Both the position numbers and the translations under genes were made by a program. Positions 50,139 through 61,017 of a DNA stretch of 64,000 nt are shown here, in pieces. The stretch comes from an uncultured delta proteobacterium (GTDB lineage Bacteria > Myxococcota_A > Polyangia > Polyangiales > Polyangiaceae). The DNA lies in the NCBI GenBank assembly GCA_963850305.1, contig CAWKKR010000011.1, positions 96,001-160,000 on the forward strand. The letters run 5' to 3'. The stretch's first letter is position 1; every line of letters starts with the position of its first letter. The notes under the pieces are model-generated. The model was not told the DNA's origin. It saw only the letters and a list, made by a program, of their open reading frames with translations, and made no database searches.

Positions 50139-52409
50139 CTACAGACACTCCGGCTTGATTCTGCGGATTCCGTGCTCGTCGAGCGCATACGGCTGACGGC
50201 AATCGACGGCGGACTTCGCCGGCGTGGGCGCCTCGCGGACCTCGGCGGACGGAGCGGAAGGAGTCGTCGTTGCCACGGCCGCCTCTGGTCGCGGCTTTGG
50301 CGGCTCCGTCGTCTGCGCCGTGGGCGCGACGGCGGCGAGGTGAGTCGGCCGCGGAATGGCTTCGACCACTCGAGTAGTCGAGTGAGACTCCGTACCCGGA
50401 GTGGGAACGGCTTTCGGCAACGGCGCGGCGACGGCAGGAGGCGGCGACGGGACGGCGGGGCGCACCTTCGCGACTGGCTCCGGCACTTCCGGCGGCTCCA
50501 CGGGAAGCGTGGACGGATCAACACCGCGGGGCTCCTCCGCCGAGGCAACGACTGCTACGGGGTTCGCCGTGGCCTTCGGTGGTGACACCGCAGCGGGAAA
50601 GGGGGCACGCGCGACAGCGCGCCTCCGGCTGCCGTGTCCGGAAAACGCAAACCCCGCGAACAGCGCGAAGACACCGGCCGCGAGCGCCACGCGGAACGTG
50701 CGCCGACTCGGGTCCTCCCAGAACCACGCCGCAACGCGCTCGGGCGCACTTCGTCGATGCGGAAACAGTGCCGGATCCGTGGGCTCCTGGATGATCACGC
50801 TCTCCGCGGAAAGCGCGGGCCGGTCGAGGCTCGAATTCGGACGCGGCGGAGGCGGTCTTCGATTGCTCGGACGCGTGCGTTCGGGCCGCGGGGCGTCGCT
50901 CGGCGGGCCGTACACGTGAGTGGCATCCCCGGCCGCGTCGAAGACACGGGTCGCTTCGTCCTCGGCGTCGAAGGCGCCTCCGAAAACACGGGTTGCAGGG
51001 TCCTCGGCATCCTCCAAAGCCACCGGCGCGCCACTCGGCGAACTCGTGAAGATACGCGTCGCATCCTCCGCCTCCTCCAGGGGCACCGGCACGCCACTCG
51101 GCGAGCCCGTGAAGACGCGCGTCGCATCCTCCTCGATCCTCTGCGGGGTCGCGGGCTCCGGGATCCGTTGAGGCGGCTCCTTCTTCTTCTCGCCGCGGCG
51201 TGGCACTGGCGGGGGCCCGGAGCGCCGAGAAAGAGGCCGCGATGGGAGCGCTGGCGGGAGGGAACCACGGCGCGGTGCACCCCCGACATCGCCGGACGAC
51301 GGCTCGACGATGCGCGGGGGACCCGCTCCCCATCGTCGCGCGAGATCGCTCAGCGATGGAGAACCGCGACCGTCGAGCGTCTTCATGATGGCAGGTGAGC
51401 TCTCCGTCACCAGAGACACATGGCTCACCGACGAGATCGCTTCGATTTCCGCGACCGCTTGTTCGCGGTTGAGCAGCGTCTCGCCCGCGACGCGCTCGAC
51501 CCACTCTCCGACCTCGCGCGTGGAACCGAGCGGCATCGCGTCCTCGACTGCAATCGCGAAGTCGCGGGCGGTCTGGTAGCGCGTCAGCGGATCACGGGAC
51601 AGCGCACGCATCACGATCGCGTCGAGACTGCGCGCGACCGAGGGAATCACCGCACTTGGCGGTGGGATCTCTTCCGTGAGGATCATCCGCAGGAGCTCCG
51701 TGGCATCCTCTGCGTCGAAGAGCCTCCGACCCGTGATCGCTTCCCAGAGAACGATACCCGCCGCGAACACGTCGGAGCGCCGGTCAACGGGCTTCCCCGA
51801 GAGCTGTTCGGGAGCCATGTACGCGAGCTTCCCCTTCATCTGACCGTCGCGAGTGACCTGTACGCGCGCGGCCGCCTTGGCGACGCCGAAGTCGAGGACG
51901 CGCGTCACGCCGTCGACGCCGACGAGCACGTTCTGGGGCGACACGTCCCGATGAACGACAGAGAGCGGTTGCCCGTGCTCGTCCTTGGCCTCGTGGGCGG
52001 CGTGGAGCCCGTGGAGCATGCCGGCAACGACGCTCGCGATGGTCCCGACGGTCACCTCGATCCCCTTCTTGCGCGAAGCGCGGAGGAGCCGCGAAAACGA
52101 TTCGCCGCGCACGTAATCCATCACGAGAAAAAGTTCGTCGGTCTGCGCCACGACATCGACGGTCGCGACGACGTTCGGGTGCTGTATGCGCGCGGCGAGC
52201 CGTGCCTCGTCGAGAAACATCGCGACGAACTCGGGATCTTTCGAGAACTGCGGGTGCAGCCTCTTGATGGCAACGGTACGCGAGAACCCCGCGGGCCCGA
52301 GCAGTCTGCCGAAGTGGACCGTCGCCATGCCCCCGGAGGCAAGCTTCCCGTACAGCGCATACCGGCCGATCACGCGAATCGGGGGCTCTAGATGGGGCGG
52401 CTCCTCCAT
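50139..52409 (-). CDS. Membrane Ser/Thr protein kinase with Pro-rich linkers
   Basis: ASGGMATV, VAIK, HRDVSPQN, DFGVAK and GKLAYMAPEQ motifs; TM helix; C-terminal CRQPY...KPECL. Confidence 0.95.
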   Translation of the reverse strand: MEEPPHLEPPIRVIGRYALYGKLASGGMATVHFGRLLGPAGFSRTVAIKRLHPQFSKDPEFVAMFLDEARLAARIQHPNVVATVDVVAQTDELFLVMDYVRGESFSRLLRASRKKGIEVTVGTIASVVAGMLHGLHAAHEAKDEHGQPLSVVHRDVSPQNVLVGVDGVTRVLDFGVAKAAARVQVTRDGQMKGKLAYMAPEQLSGKPVDRRSDVFAAGIVLWEAITGRRLFDAEDATELLRMILTEEIPPPSAVIPSVARSLDAIVMRALSRDPLTRYQTARDFAIAVEDAMPLGSTREVGEWVERVAGETLLNREQAVAEIEAISSVSHVSLVTESSPAIMKTLDGRGSPSLSDLARRWGAGPPRIVEPSSGDVGGAPRRGSLPPALPSRPLSRRSGPPPVPRRGEKKKEPPQRIPEPATPQRIEEDATRVFTGSPSGVPVPLEEAEDATRIFTSSPSGAPVALEDAEDPATRVFGGAFDAEDEATRVFDAAGDATHVYGPPSDAPRPERTRPSNRRPPPPRPNSSLDRPALSAESVIIQEPTDPALFPHRRSAPERVAAWFWEDPSRRTFRVALAAGVFALFAGFAFSGHGSRRRAVARAPFPAAVSPPKATANPVAVVASAEEPRGVDPSTLPVEPPEVPEPVAKVRPAVPSPPPAVAAPLPKAVPTPGTESHSTTRVVEAIPRPTHLAAVAPTAQTTEPPKPRPEAAVATTTPSAPSAEVREAPTPAKSAVDCRQPYALDEHGIRRIKPECL

Positions 52410-52519
52410 GGGCAGGGTTTTCGGGCGATAAGCGGCTGTTTATAGCGCCGATCCGCGGCGCCGGGCGCTCCCCGGCGGAGGCCCGGGCCGGGAAACGCGA
52501 TTACCGGGAAACCTGAGGA

Positions 52520-54472
52520 GTGTTAAGCCTAGTTCAACGCACCGTGTCCAAGCCGGAAGCCCCCTCCGTGACGTCGAACCCCGTTGCCGGTCCGGGACCG
52601 GCCCCCGCCGCGACCGTCTGGCTCGTGAGCTTCGCCGATGAAGACGATCGCGAGCTCACCCCGCCCGAGATCGCGGAAGCGCTGAGGCGCGGCCAGATCG
52701 ACGCCAGCACGATCGTCTGGCGCGAAGGCCGGGTCGATTGGGCTCCGCTTGGAACGGTCGAGGAACTCGCTCCCCTCCTCGCGGCCAGTGGACAGACCTC
52801 GGGCCCGCCAAGAGTAGGTTCGGCCGAGCCCGTGAGGGAGATCGCGGAGCGGACGAAAAATCCGGTGTCGGCAAACGAGGAGCCGCAACCCTGGAAGGGC
52901 AAGACGCGGATCGGCCTGCCCAAGGTCGACACGGCGAGGAAGAAACCCGAAGCTGGGCCGAACCCTCTTTCCGGAAGCGCTGCGGGCGAAGCGAAACCCG
53001 AGGTAAAAACGTCTCCGATCGCGGCCCCCTCGGCCGCGGAACCCGAGCAAAAGAAGATCGCGTTCAAGAAGGTGCAGCCGAAGGCAGCGGAGGCAAAACC
53101 CGCAACTCCGAAGCCCTCCGAGGCAACCCCGACCATCCCACTTGTCACAACCACCGCGCTCTCCGCCGGAACTCCGACGGTTCCCCTCGCCGCATCGAAG
53201 GCGGCCAGGGACGCGGGGGTGGACAGGGCGAAACCCAGACCGGCAGAGCGCGATATTTGGAGCACCGAGGACGAAGCGCCGATCAGCATTGAACTGGAGC
53301 CGGAGTCCGTCTCTCCGCGCAGTCCCGCGTTCTCGCAGGTGACAAGCGGAGCGCCTGGCGAGCCCAGGAAGGCCGCGCCGAAACCGCCGACCCCAAATCG
53401 TCGGCCGAAACCGCCCCCGGCGCGGAGCGCGGAATCGGGGGGGCTTTCGTTACAGGCGCTCGCCGCGCCAATGGCGTCGGAGCCGGAGCGCGTCAGCGAC
53501 GACATCATGAATCTAGGCGGCGGTCTGACCGGTCTCGGCGGCTCCTTGCTCGCCGCGCCGTCAATCGACGTCTCCGCTCTCACGAGTGGGCCCGTCGAGA
53601 GCGGCAGCGCGGACACACTCGATCTTCCTCTCCTGGAGCTTCCGGACATCCCTGCCAACACGCTGATCGAAGGCACGCCGACCGTGCCAAGCGCCGGGGT
53701 TCGTCCGGCACGGAAAGGTCCCAGCCCCTCGGACCCGAAAGCCGGGCCCAGCGAGAAAGACAAGAGGCGTAGCTCCCTGCCTCTGGTTCTGGGGTTGGTC
53801 GCCGCGGCCATTGCACTTGCGTTCGTTCTTCGCGGCAAAAACAACGAAGATTCGGCTTCTCGAACCGGAACCTCCGCGACAACCTCGGAGGTCGCGCCCA
53901 GCGCGGAGAACGCCGCCGTCGAAGCGCACCCGGCCGAAGTCCCCGCGACACCGGCACCCGTCGCGGCCAGCGCGGCACCGGCAGCCCCTGCCCCGACGGC
54001 GGGGGCGCCCGTCGCCGCCGTCGCAACCGCGGCCAATCACTCCACGTCGAGCGCCGCCACCTCCAACCCGACCACGAAGGTCGCCACGCCTCACGAGGAA
54101 GCCGCGCGCTCGTCGAAACCCGAGGAACCGGCCAGGGCCGAAACCGCGAAACCCGCCGCAGTTGCGGCCCCTCCGCCCCAACAGCAGGAAGTCGACGTGG
54201 GTGGCGAGTTCGACAAGGGGGCCGCCATCGCGGCGCTCCGCGAGGCCGCTGCACAGGCCTCGGTGTGCCGGAAGCCGGGCGACCCGAGCGGCGTCGCGGA
54301 CGTTCACGTGACGTTCTCGAACAGCGGGCGCGCGACGAACGCCACGGTGGACGGGCCGCCGTTCGCGGGGACGGCGACCGGGGGCTGCATCGCTGCCGCG
54401 CTGCGTAGGACGAAAGTGCCCCCCTTCAGCGGCGATCGCGTAACCGTAACGAAGCACGTCGTCATCAATTGA
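52520..54472 (+). CDS. GYF_2-domain membrane protein with C-terminal TonB-C/AgmX-like domain (start uncertain)
   Basis: GQIDASTIVWREGRVDWAPL (GYF_2), long Pro/Ala linker, TM helix, C-terminal C...VTFSNSG..GGCI..VPPF. Confidence 0.75.
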   Translation: MLSLVQRTVSKPEAPSVTSNPVAGPGPAPAATVWLVSFADEDDRELTPPEIAEALRRGQIDASTIVWREGRVDWAPLGTVEELAPLLAASGQTSGPPRVGSAEPVREIAERTKNPVSANEEPQPWKGKTRIGLPKVDTARKKPEAGPNPLSGSAAGEAKPEVKTSPIAAPSAAEPEQKKIAFKKVQPKAAEAKPATPKPSEATPTIPLVTTTALSAGTPTVPLAASKAARDAGVDRAKPRPAERDIWSTEDEAPISIELEPESVSPRSPAFSQVTSGAPGEPRKAAPKPPTPNRRPKPPPARSAESGGLSLQALAAPMASEPERVSDDIMNLGGGLTGLGGSLLAAPSIDVSALTSGPVESGSADTLDLPLLELPDIPANTLIEGTPTVPSAGVRPARKGPSPSDPKAGPSEKDKRRSSLPLVLGLVAAAIALAFVLRGKNNEDSASRTGTSATTSEVAPSAENAAVEAHPAEVPATPAPVAASAAPAAPAPTAGAPVAAVATAANHSTSSAATSNPTTKVATPHEEAARSSKPEEPARAETAKPAAVAAPPPQQQEVDVGGEFDKGAAIAALREAAAQASVCRKPGDPSGVADVHVTFSNSGRATNATVDGPPFAGTATGGCIAAALRRTKVPPFSGDRVTVTKHVVIN

Positions 54473-54535
54473 GCAGGAGGGCGCCTTGCGCGGGCAAGCG
54501 AGAGGCCCGATGATCGAGCGAACCTGGAGGCCACC

Positions 54536-55765
54536 GTGGGCAACGCTCTCATCATCGACGCCGTTCGAACGCCGCGCGGTCGCGGCAAAGCCGGGGGAGC
54601 GCTGAGCGGCACGCATCCGCAGGAGCTCGTCGCGCAACTTCTGAACGCCATCGCCGACCGGACCAACCTGGAGAAGGGACACGTTTCCGACGTCGTTCTC
54701 GGCTGCGTCTCGGAGGTCAAAGATCAGGGGGCCTGCATCGCGCGCAACTCCGTGCTCGCGGCCGGCTTCCCGGACGACGTGACCGGCGTCACATTGAACA
54801 GATTTTGTGGCTCGGGACTGCAAGCCTTCAACTTCGCCGCCATGGGCGTAATGAGCGGCCAGCAAGATCTCGTCATCGGCGGCGGCGTCGAGAGCATGTC
54901 CCGCGTCCCCATGGGCTCCGACGGTGGAGCGATCGACGGCAACAATCCAAGACTCCGCGAGAAGATCTTTCAGGTTCCGCAGGGCATCAGCGCCGACCTG
55001 ATCGCCACGATCGACGGAACGACGCGTGAGGACGTGGATCGATTCGCGCTCGGGAGCCAGGACAAGGCTGCTCGCGCGATCGCCGAAGGCTGGCTCTCGA
55101 AGAGCCTCGTTCCCGTGCGCGGCGACGATGGTGCGGTGTTGCTGGCCAAGGACGAGCACCCGCGCGCATCAACGACGCTCGAGAAACTGGGGAGCCTCGA
55201 GCCGTCTTTCGTCTCGACGGGTACCCTGCAAGTCGGACCCAACGGGGAAACCTTCGACGAGCTAGCGCTGAAACGCTACCCCGCCGTGAAGAGGATTCGT
55301 CACGTCCACACCGCCGGCAACTCGAGCGGCATCGTGGATGGCGCTGCGCTCGTGCTGGTTGCGTCCGAGTCGTACGCGAGAACTCACGCCCTCGCGCCCC
55401 GAGCAAAAGTGCGCGCGATGGCCACCGCGGGGGCCGAGCCCGTCATCATGCTGACGGCGCCCACTCCGGCGTCCGAGCGAGCGCTGCGCAAGGCCGGCAT
55501 GAAAGCGTCGGATATCGATCTCTGGGAGATCAACGAAGCTTTCGCGACAGTCGTGCTCAACACGATCCGCAGGCTCGACATCGATCCCGCGAAGGTCAAC
55601 GTGAACGGCGGATCGATTGCCTACGGTCACCCACTCGGTGCGACAGGCGCCGCCCTCCTCGGCACCGCCCTGGACGAGCTCGAACGGCGCGGGCTGTCGA
55701 CGGCGCTCATTACCTTGTGCATCGGCGGTGGCATGGGCGTGGCCACGATCATCGAACGCGTCTAA
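54536..55765 (+). CDS. Acetyl-CoA C-acyltransferase (thiolase)
   Basis: [28 protein letters not shown] and CIGGGMG motifs. Confidence 0.95.
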   Translation: MGNALIIDAVRTPRGRGKAGGALSGTHPQELVAQLLNAIADRTNLEKGHVSDVVLGCVSEVKDQGACIARNSVLAAGFPDDVTGVTLNRFCGSGLQAFNFAAMGVMSGQQDLVIGGGVESMSRVPMGSDGGAIDGNNPRLREKIFQVPQGISADLIATIDGTTREDVDRFALGSQDKAARAIAEGWLSKSLVPVRGDDGAVLLAKDEHPRASTTLEKLGSLEPSFVSTGTLQVGPNGETFDELALKRYPAVKRIRHVHTAGNSSGIVDGAALVLVASESYARTHALAPRAKVRAMATAGAEPVIMLTAPTPASERALRKAGMKASDIDLWEINEAFATVVLNTIRRLDIDPAKVNVNGGSIAYGHPLGATGAALLGTALDELERRGLSTALITLCIGGGMGVATIIERV

Positions 55766-55818
55766 CCCTGCTCGGAAGACGTGCGGGGGAGCGGCTTAAG
55801 CGCGTATAGTCCTGACCC

Positions 55819-56862
55819 ATGCTCCGGCGCGCCGTGACGACGTGGAGTGTCCTTGCGTTTCTGACCTTGCTCGGCGTGGTCGCTCGCGCGCAGACGACGA
55901 GTGAACCTTCGCCAGCACCACCGCCACCGCCACCGCCACCGCCGACGGCTCCTCCCCCGCGCGAGGTAGTGGGCCCGCCGCCAGGTCAAGCGGCGCCAGG
56001 TCAGCAGGCGCCGTCAGGTCAGGCAGCCCCAGGTCAGTACGCACCGCCAGGTCAGTACGCACCGCCAGGTCAGTACGCACCGCCAGGTCAGTACGCACCG
56101 CCAGGTCAGTATCCGCCGCCGGGTTACGCCCAGCCAGGTCAATACTCGCCGCCGGGTTACGGCTATGGCCAGCCCCAATACCCGCCGCCGGGTTACGGCT
56201 ATGGCCAGCCCCAGTATCAACCCGGTTACTATTACCCGCCTCGCCCCATGGCGGACGACGGCGCGCACTCGCACGACGGCTTCTACCTTCGCCTCGGCGC
56301 AGGAGTCGGGCTCCTCACGTTCGGCTTGAAAAACCAGAGCAGCGCAGACTTCGGAAATCAAGAGGTCGATGGCGAACTGTCAGCAGGAGCGCTCTCGTTC
56401 GAGCTCGCCGTCGGCGGGAGTCCATCACCGGGCCTCGCCATCGGCGGCGCGCTCTACTTCGACGTGGCGTCCAAGGCGACATCCCACGACATGAGAATCA
56501 ACAACCAGCCCGTGGACGACTTTCACGACAGTGGCGCGTCGACGTGGCTCCTCGGACCGTTCGCGGACTATTACTTCAACCCGCGAAAGGGCTGGCACCT
56601 GGAGGGCTCGCTCGGCCTCGCGTTGCTGACCGTTGGCGATGCGACCGAGGACGGCGTGAAGGTACTCTCGAAGCGCGCCTACGGAGGCGTCGGTGGAATG
56701 ATCGGTGGGGGGTACGAGTGGTGGGTCGCCGACCAATGGGGGATGGGCGTCTTGCTGCGCGCCACGGTGCTCTCGCTGGGGAGCGCCAAGGCCGGGCAAG
56801 ATCAGTGGAGCTATGGGGGCTTCGCGTTTCCCGAGGTCTTGTTCAGCGCGACGTACCAGTAA
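55819..56862 (+). CDS. Putative outer-membrane beta-barrel protein with Pro/Gln/Tyr-rich N-terminal repeats
   Basis: Signal peptide, PGQYAP repeats, then HDGFYLRLGAG...GYEWWV...ATYQ beta-strand pattern. Confidence 0.7.
   Translation: MLRRAVTTWSVLAFLTLLGVVARAQTTSEPSPAPPPPPPPPPTAPPPREVVGPPPGQAAPGQQAPSGQAAPGQYAPPGQYAPPGQYAPPGQYAPPGQYPPPGYAQPGQYSPPGYGYGQPQYPPPGYGYGQPQYQPGYYYPPRPMADDGAHSHDGFYLRLGAGVGLLTFGLKNQSSADFGNQEVDGELSAGALSFELAVGGSPSPGLAIGGALYFDVASKATSHDMRINNQPVDDFHDSGASTWLLGPFADYYFNPRKGWHLEGSLGLALLTVGDATEDGVKVLSKRAYGGVGGMIGGGYEWWVADQWGMGVLLRATVLSLGSAKAGQDQWSYGGFAFPEVLFSATYQ
55981..56230 (+). repeat. Coding tandem repeats (18-bp ccaggtcagtacgcaccg x4 perfect, plus variants)
   Basis: Perfect copies at 56029, 56047, 56065 and 56083; PPGYGYGQPQY duplicated downstream. 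Confidence 0.9.
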
Positions 56863-56868
56863 GCGCAT

Positions 56869-59800
56869 TCACGGGAACGGCGGCGCGGACACCTTGCCGC
56901 TCGTGTCGAGCAGGCTCTGCGGGGTCGAACCTTTCACGTCGACGCGCGACGCTTGCGTGAGAATGTCGGGGTTCAGCGAAATGTCCGCGTCGTAGCCGCT
57001 CACGCCGCCGTGACATCCTCCGCACACGCCGTTGAAGAGCCCCCGCTGGAACCCCTGACGCAACGACTCGCCCGGGTAAAACTGCATTTCCTCGAGCTGG
57101 TGGTGGCGCGTCGGCTCCTTGTCCGTCGCGAGCTGGACCATGGGCGCGAGAACGATGGGCGCCCCTCCGGGCACCTCGATGTCGAGCGATCCGTCGGGCA
57201 ACGGCGCGCTCGTCCCGAGGAGACGGCGGCGGACGTACACCTGCCCGAACGCGTCTTTCACGATGAACTGACCTCCCTGATCGTAGCTCGTCACGCCCGG
57301 CTCTGGCGGCAGATCCTCCCAGACTTGCATGTCCTTCATCGGAGCCGGAATGAGTCGCTTCGAGCGCGTATTCTGGAACATGAGGCTCGCGAGGAGCGGC
57401 GCGTCCAGAAAGGTGACGTCGGCCCGCGGGCGATCACTCGGGTCGGTGGACACGTGCGTGGCGCCGTTCGGCTCATCGAGACGCGACGCGAAGACGCCAT
57501 AGTCGTAGCGCGCCGAAACCGCTACCGGCCAGAGCAAGCTATCCGTAGGGTCTGATGCGACCGGGCCCGAGCGCACGCCGGTGATCGGGTCGACGACGTC
57601 TAGCTCGAAGCGAGCGTTGAAGTTGGTGCTGTCCGAGACTCCCGGCGCGTAACTGACGAGCACCTGGCCATTGGGCAAACGAGCAGGATTGCGAAACACG
57701 CCGCCCTGGCCGTCCAAGATCCGCAATGAGTGCTGATAAAATGCCGGATTCGGCCACTTGATGGCACCTGGATCCTGGAGATAGTCCGCGGGGTCCTGGC
57801 TGGCCTGATCGATCCCCAGACTGCGGTTGATGATCCCGAGCGCCCCCGCGCAATGCTCGTCGTTCTGGTTGCTGAAGATGGCGGCGAAGTCCTTGTCGGC
57901 AAGCTCGACGATATCGGTCACCTGATGATAGCCGATGGTCGCGCGCTGCCCGAAGAGCGGATGATAATCGCCACCGTCGAGGTTCTCGCGTCTCCCAGCG
58001 AGCTGATAGAAGCCCGGAGCGCGCTTCTCGGTCGTCATGATGACGCGTCCGTCCGACATGAACGAGGGGGTGAGCTCCTGGTCGAGCAGGAATGTGAGCT
58101 GCCGGATGGTGGGAGCGCCGTTGGTCGTCTCGAGGACGTAGAGGTTCGCGTTCAACTTGGACGGATCAGCGGGCGTTCGCTGCGGCCCCTGGTAGTCGAA
58201 CGCCGCGGTGTTCATGACGTTACCGCGCGTGGATGCGAATACGATCCGCCCGTCGGGCGCGAACGTGGGATCGAAATTGTGCACGAGCTCCCCGTTCGTC
58301 GGAACGGCATTCCCACCGTCGTCCACGGGAGCCGCGTCGATGGTCGGTTCGACGGCGCAGGCGCCTCCGTCGATCACGTAAATGCGCCAGGGGTCCGTCG
58401 CGCCGGTGCGCGCGGAGAACGCGATCTTCGTCCCGTCCCAGGAGACCGCGGGGCGCCGCACGTCGATGCCGGCAGCGAGACCGCAAGAGGCCAGAAGACT
58501 CGTGCCCCCGCCTCCTTGAACCGTGAGCGCATTCGTCGTCGGATCGAGCGACGCCGGAGCTTCGATCAGATCGGCACCAGGGGAAAACGCCTCGAAGTCC
58601 TGCGGCCCATCCTTGCCCGGCGCGAGCGGTCTCTTGACGTAAACGATGGCAGTGAGCGGCATGGCTTTGGACATGCGACTCGAGCGCTCGATGCCGATCC
58701 ACTGGCGGATCACGCAATACGGGTTGAGTGCGTCCAGATCGACGAGCCCGCCATCGGCGCCCGCGCCTCCATCAGTGCTGGTCCCTCCGTCGGCCACCGC
58801 CGTGCACGGATCTCCCGTGCCGAACAGGGCGCCTCCGCGATGCAAGATCCCCAGCGGCGTCGCCGGCACGGGACTGCCCTCGATGTATGGCTCGAGGTTC
58901 TTCCGGAAAATTCGGCTCACGTTCGGGTCCGGCGAATCGAGCGCCACCTGCGCGAGCGTCAACTGGTAGTTGAGTCGCGTCGCGGGTAGCCCGAAGTGTC
59001 CAGCGCTGCCCCCGTGCAGCCGGTACTCATGACCCATCGCGGGCGAGTGGCAGCCGAGAAGCATGCACCCCTTCTTCACGAGCATCGGCTGGACGCGGTG
59101 AGCAAAATGAAAACCCAGCGTCGGTAGGGACGTCCGTGGGTCCACCCTTCTCTGTCGCCCACGCGAGGATCGCTGCGTAACCCGGGTCGCTCGTCGACTG
59201 GAAGATCGTGCCGCCTTCGTGATAGGTGCCGCCCGCCGCCGGCGCCAACGGTCGACGGAGCAACTCGCTCGATTGCGTGTCCGCGGAGAGATAGTCGCTG
59301 GCGACGAAGTAGTTCCACCGCGTCTCCTGGGGCGTCTTGCCGCACGTCATGTAGAGCGAGTTGCCCGGCGAACCATGGCAGTTCCCGGCCCCGCAGGTCC
59401 CTCCGAGGACCGGATTCACGCGACTCTCGAACGTCGAAAAATCCGGCGTCGTGACAGCCGTGGTGAGATCGAAGGTCGAGTCGGCCGGAATCGTCTCCGA
59501 GCACGGCGTTCGTCCGAGATCCTCCGGCGGTTCGAGCGCATTGTTCTCGCTCGCGCCGCGCTGGATCCAGGTGATGAGCGTATTGAACGACGAGCTCGTC
59601 ACGTCGATGAGCGCCCCGCCCGCGTGCGGGATATCCGTGGTGACGATGATCGGGTTGTCGTTTTCCCAGGTCGTGAGCCGCACTTGAAACGGTGTGGCCA
59701 CCTTCGCGAGGATCCCCGGCATCAAGTACGGGCCATAGGAGATCAGCAGGTCGCGACGCTTCACGAGATCGTCGTAGCTCGTGACGTTCAGGTTGCCGAG

Positions 59801-59989
59801 CGCGTTCCCGTGCGTGTCCGCCGCGACGTGGCACCCCGACTGTGTGGGACTGGCCGCGCACGAGCCGAGAAGGATGGGGCCGATCTCCCGATCGTAAAAC
59901 GTCACGGCCGGCGTCGGCTTCGGGACGTCACAGCCTGCCAAGGCGATCTCGAGTACCGCAGCAAGAACGAATCGATCCGAGAGTCTCAC
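56869..59989 (-). CDS. Large heme-binding lipoprotein: three atypical cytochrome c modules plus TolB-like propeller/HzsA-like region; apparent frameshift near 59105
   Basis: ORF 59027-59989 has lipobox LAGC, CAASPTQSGCH and CGAGNCH. It joins ORF 56869-59145 across a T-run; that ORF has CMLLGCH, SWDGTKIAFS, PDGRIVFAS, DGRVIMT and CGGCH. Confidence 0.7.
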
Positions 59990-60064
59990 GAAGGCTATCC
60001 TAGCCGAGCCCGGGGGACCGCGAGCGCCCCCATGACGTGAGGAGCAACCCGGCGCTCTTCGGAC

Positions 60065-61003
60065 TCAGAATCGTCTCGATGCAATGAGGGCGAGGGACGC
60101 GACCAGGGGATCCGGGTCCGTGGTCGCGGCCTCGACTGCGTCTCGAGCACTCGGATCCGCTATGCGCCCGAGCGCCGCCACCGCTGCCGCCCGGACTCGC
60201 GGATCGGGCTCCTGCGCCGGGGTCGTCAGAGCAATCAGGGCGACCACGGCGTCCGTCGCGTCCATCGCGCCGAGCACTTCCGCGGCGCGGCGCCGAACGT
60301 CGGCGGAGTCGTCGCTGAGCCGCGCCGCAACGGCGTCCATGGCCGAGAACACGTTGATGTGCGCACACGCTTCGAGCGCGGCGAGACGGACATCCGGATC
60401 GGAATCTCCCATCGCCGTGCCGAGCTCGCCTCCGGGCCCCTCCGAGTTCAGGCGCTGAAGTGCTCGAACCGCGGCCAGTCGAACGATGGCCGCGGAATCC
60501 GTCACTGCAGCCTGCGCCACCGGAGCGATCCCCGCCGCGACCAGAAATTCTCCGAGCGCCTGCGCCGCGTCTGCCCGTTCCTGATCCGAACCAGTTTGAA
60601 GCGTGCCGAGCACCTGCGAATACACTTCCCCGGCGCCGAACACGCCGAAGATCCTGCGGCGGAGCCACCACGCGCTGATCTCGCGTGTCTTGGCGTTGTC
60701 GTCGTAGAGCAGGCGCGCGACGCCTGGGATGCAATCGAGGCACTCGACCTTCTCCCCGTGCTCCAGCGTGGCCCAGATCGCGGTCGGAGCGACGTTCCCG
60801 AGCGTCGCTGCGACGATCTGCTGCGGCGTCGAGATTCTCTCGAGTGACGCGGATGGAATCTGCTGATAGACGGCGGCCCGACCCGGGTGGACGAGGTCCG
60901 CCGCGGGCGCACCGGCATTACCCGCGCTGCCCACGACGCAAACCGCCAGCCCTGCGACCATCGCCGAGAAGGACGTCTTGAGACTTCGAAATCGATGGCT
61001 CAT
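60065..61003 (-). CDS. Secreted HEAT-repeat protein with CxxC
   Basis: Signal peptide; ECLDC; VRLAAVRAL, VRLAALEAC, VRRRAAEVLG and VRAAAVAALG repeats. Confidence 0.8.
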   Translation of the reverse strand: MSHRFRSLKTSFSAMVAGLAVCVVGSAGNAGAPAADLVHPGRAAVYQQIPSASLERISTPQQIVAATLGNVAPTAIWATLEHGEKVECLDCIPGVARLLYDDNAKTREISAWWLRRRIFGVFGAGEVYSQVLGTLQTGSDQERADAAQALGEFLVAAGIAPVAQAAVTDSAAIVRLAAVRALQRLNSEGPGGELGTAMGDSDPDVRLAALEACAHINVFSAMDAVAARLSDDSADVRRRAAEVLGAMDATDAVVALIALTTPAQEPDPRVRAAAVAALGRIADPSARDAVEAATTDPDPLVASLALIASRRF

Positions 61004-61017
61004 GGTCTTGTTCTCTT

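Noticed and set aside
1132..59989. Calling the frameshifted genes pseudogenes or programmed frameshifts
   Set aside because: Each has one or two single-base indels, with no in-frame stop evident in the joined frames. Most fall at one motif or at homopolymers and no slippery heptamer was seen, so sequencing error is more parsimonious.
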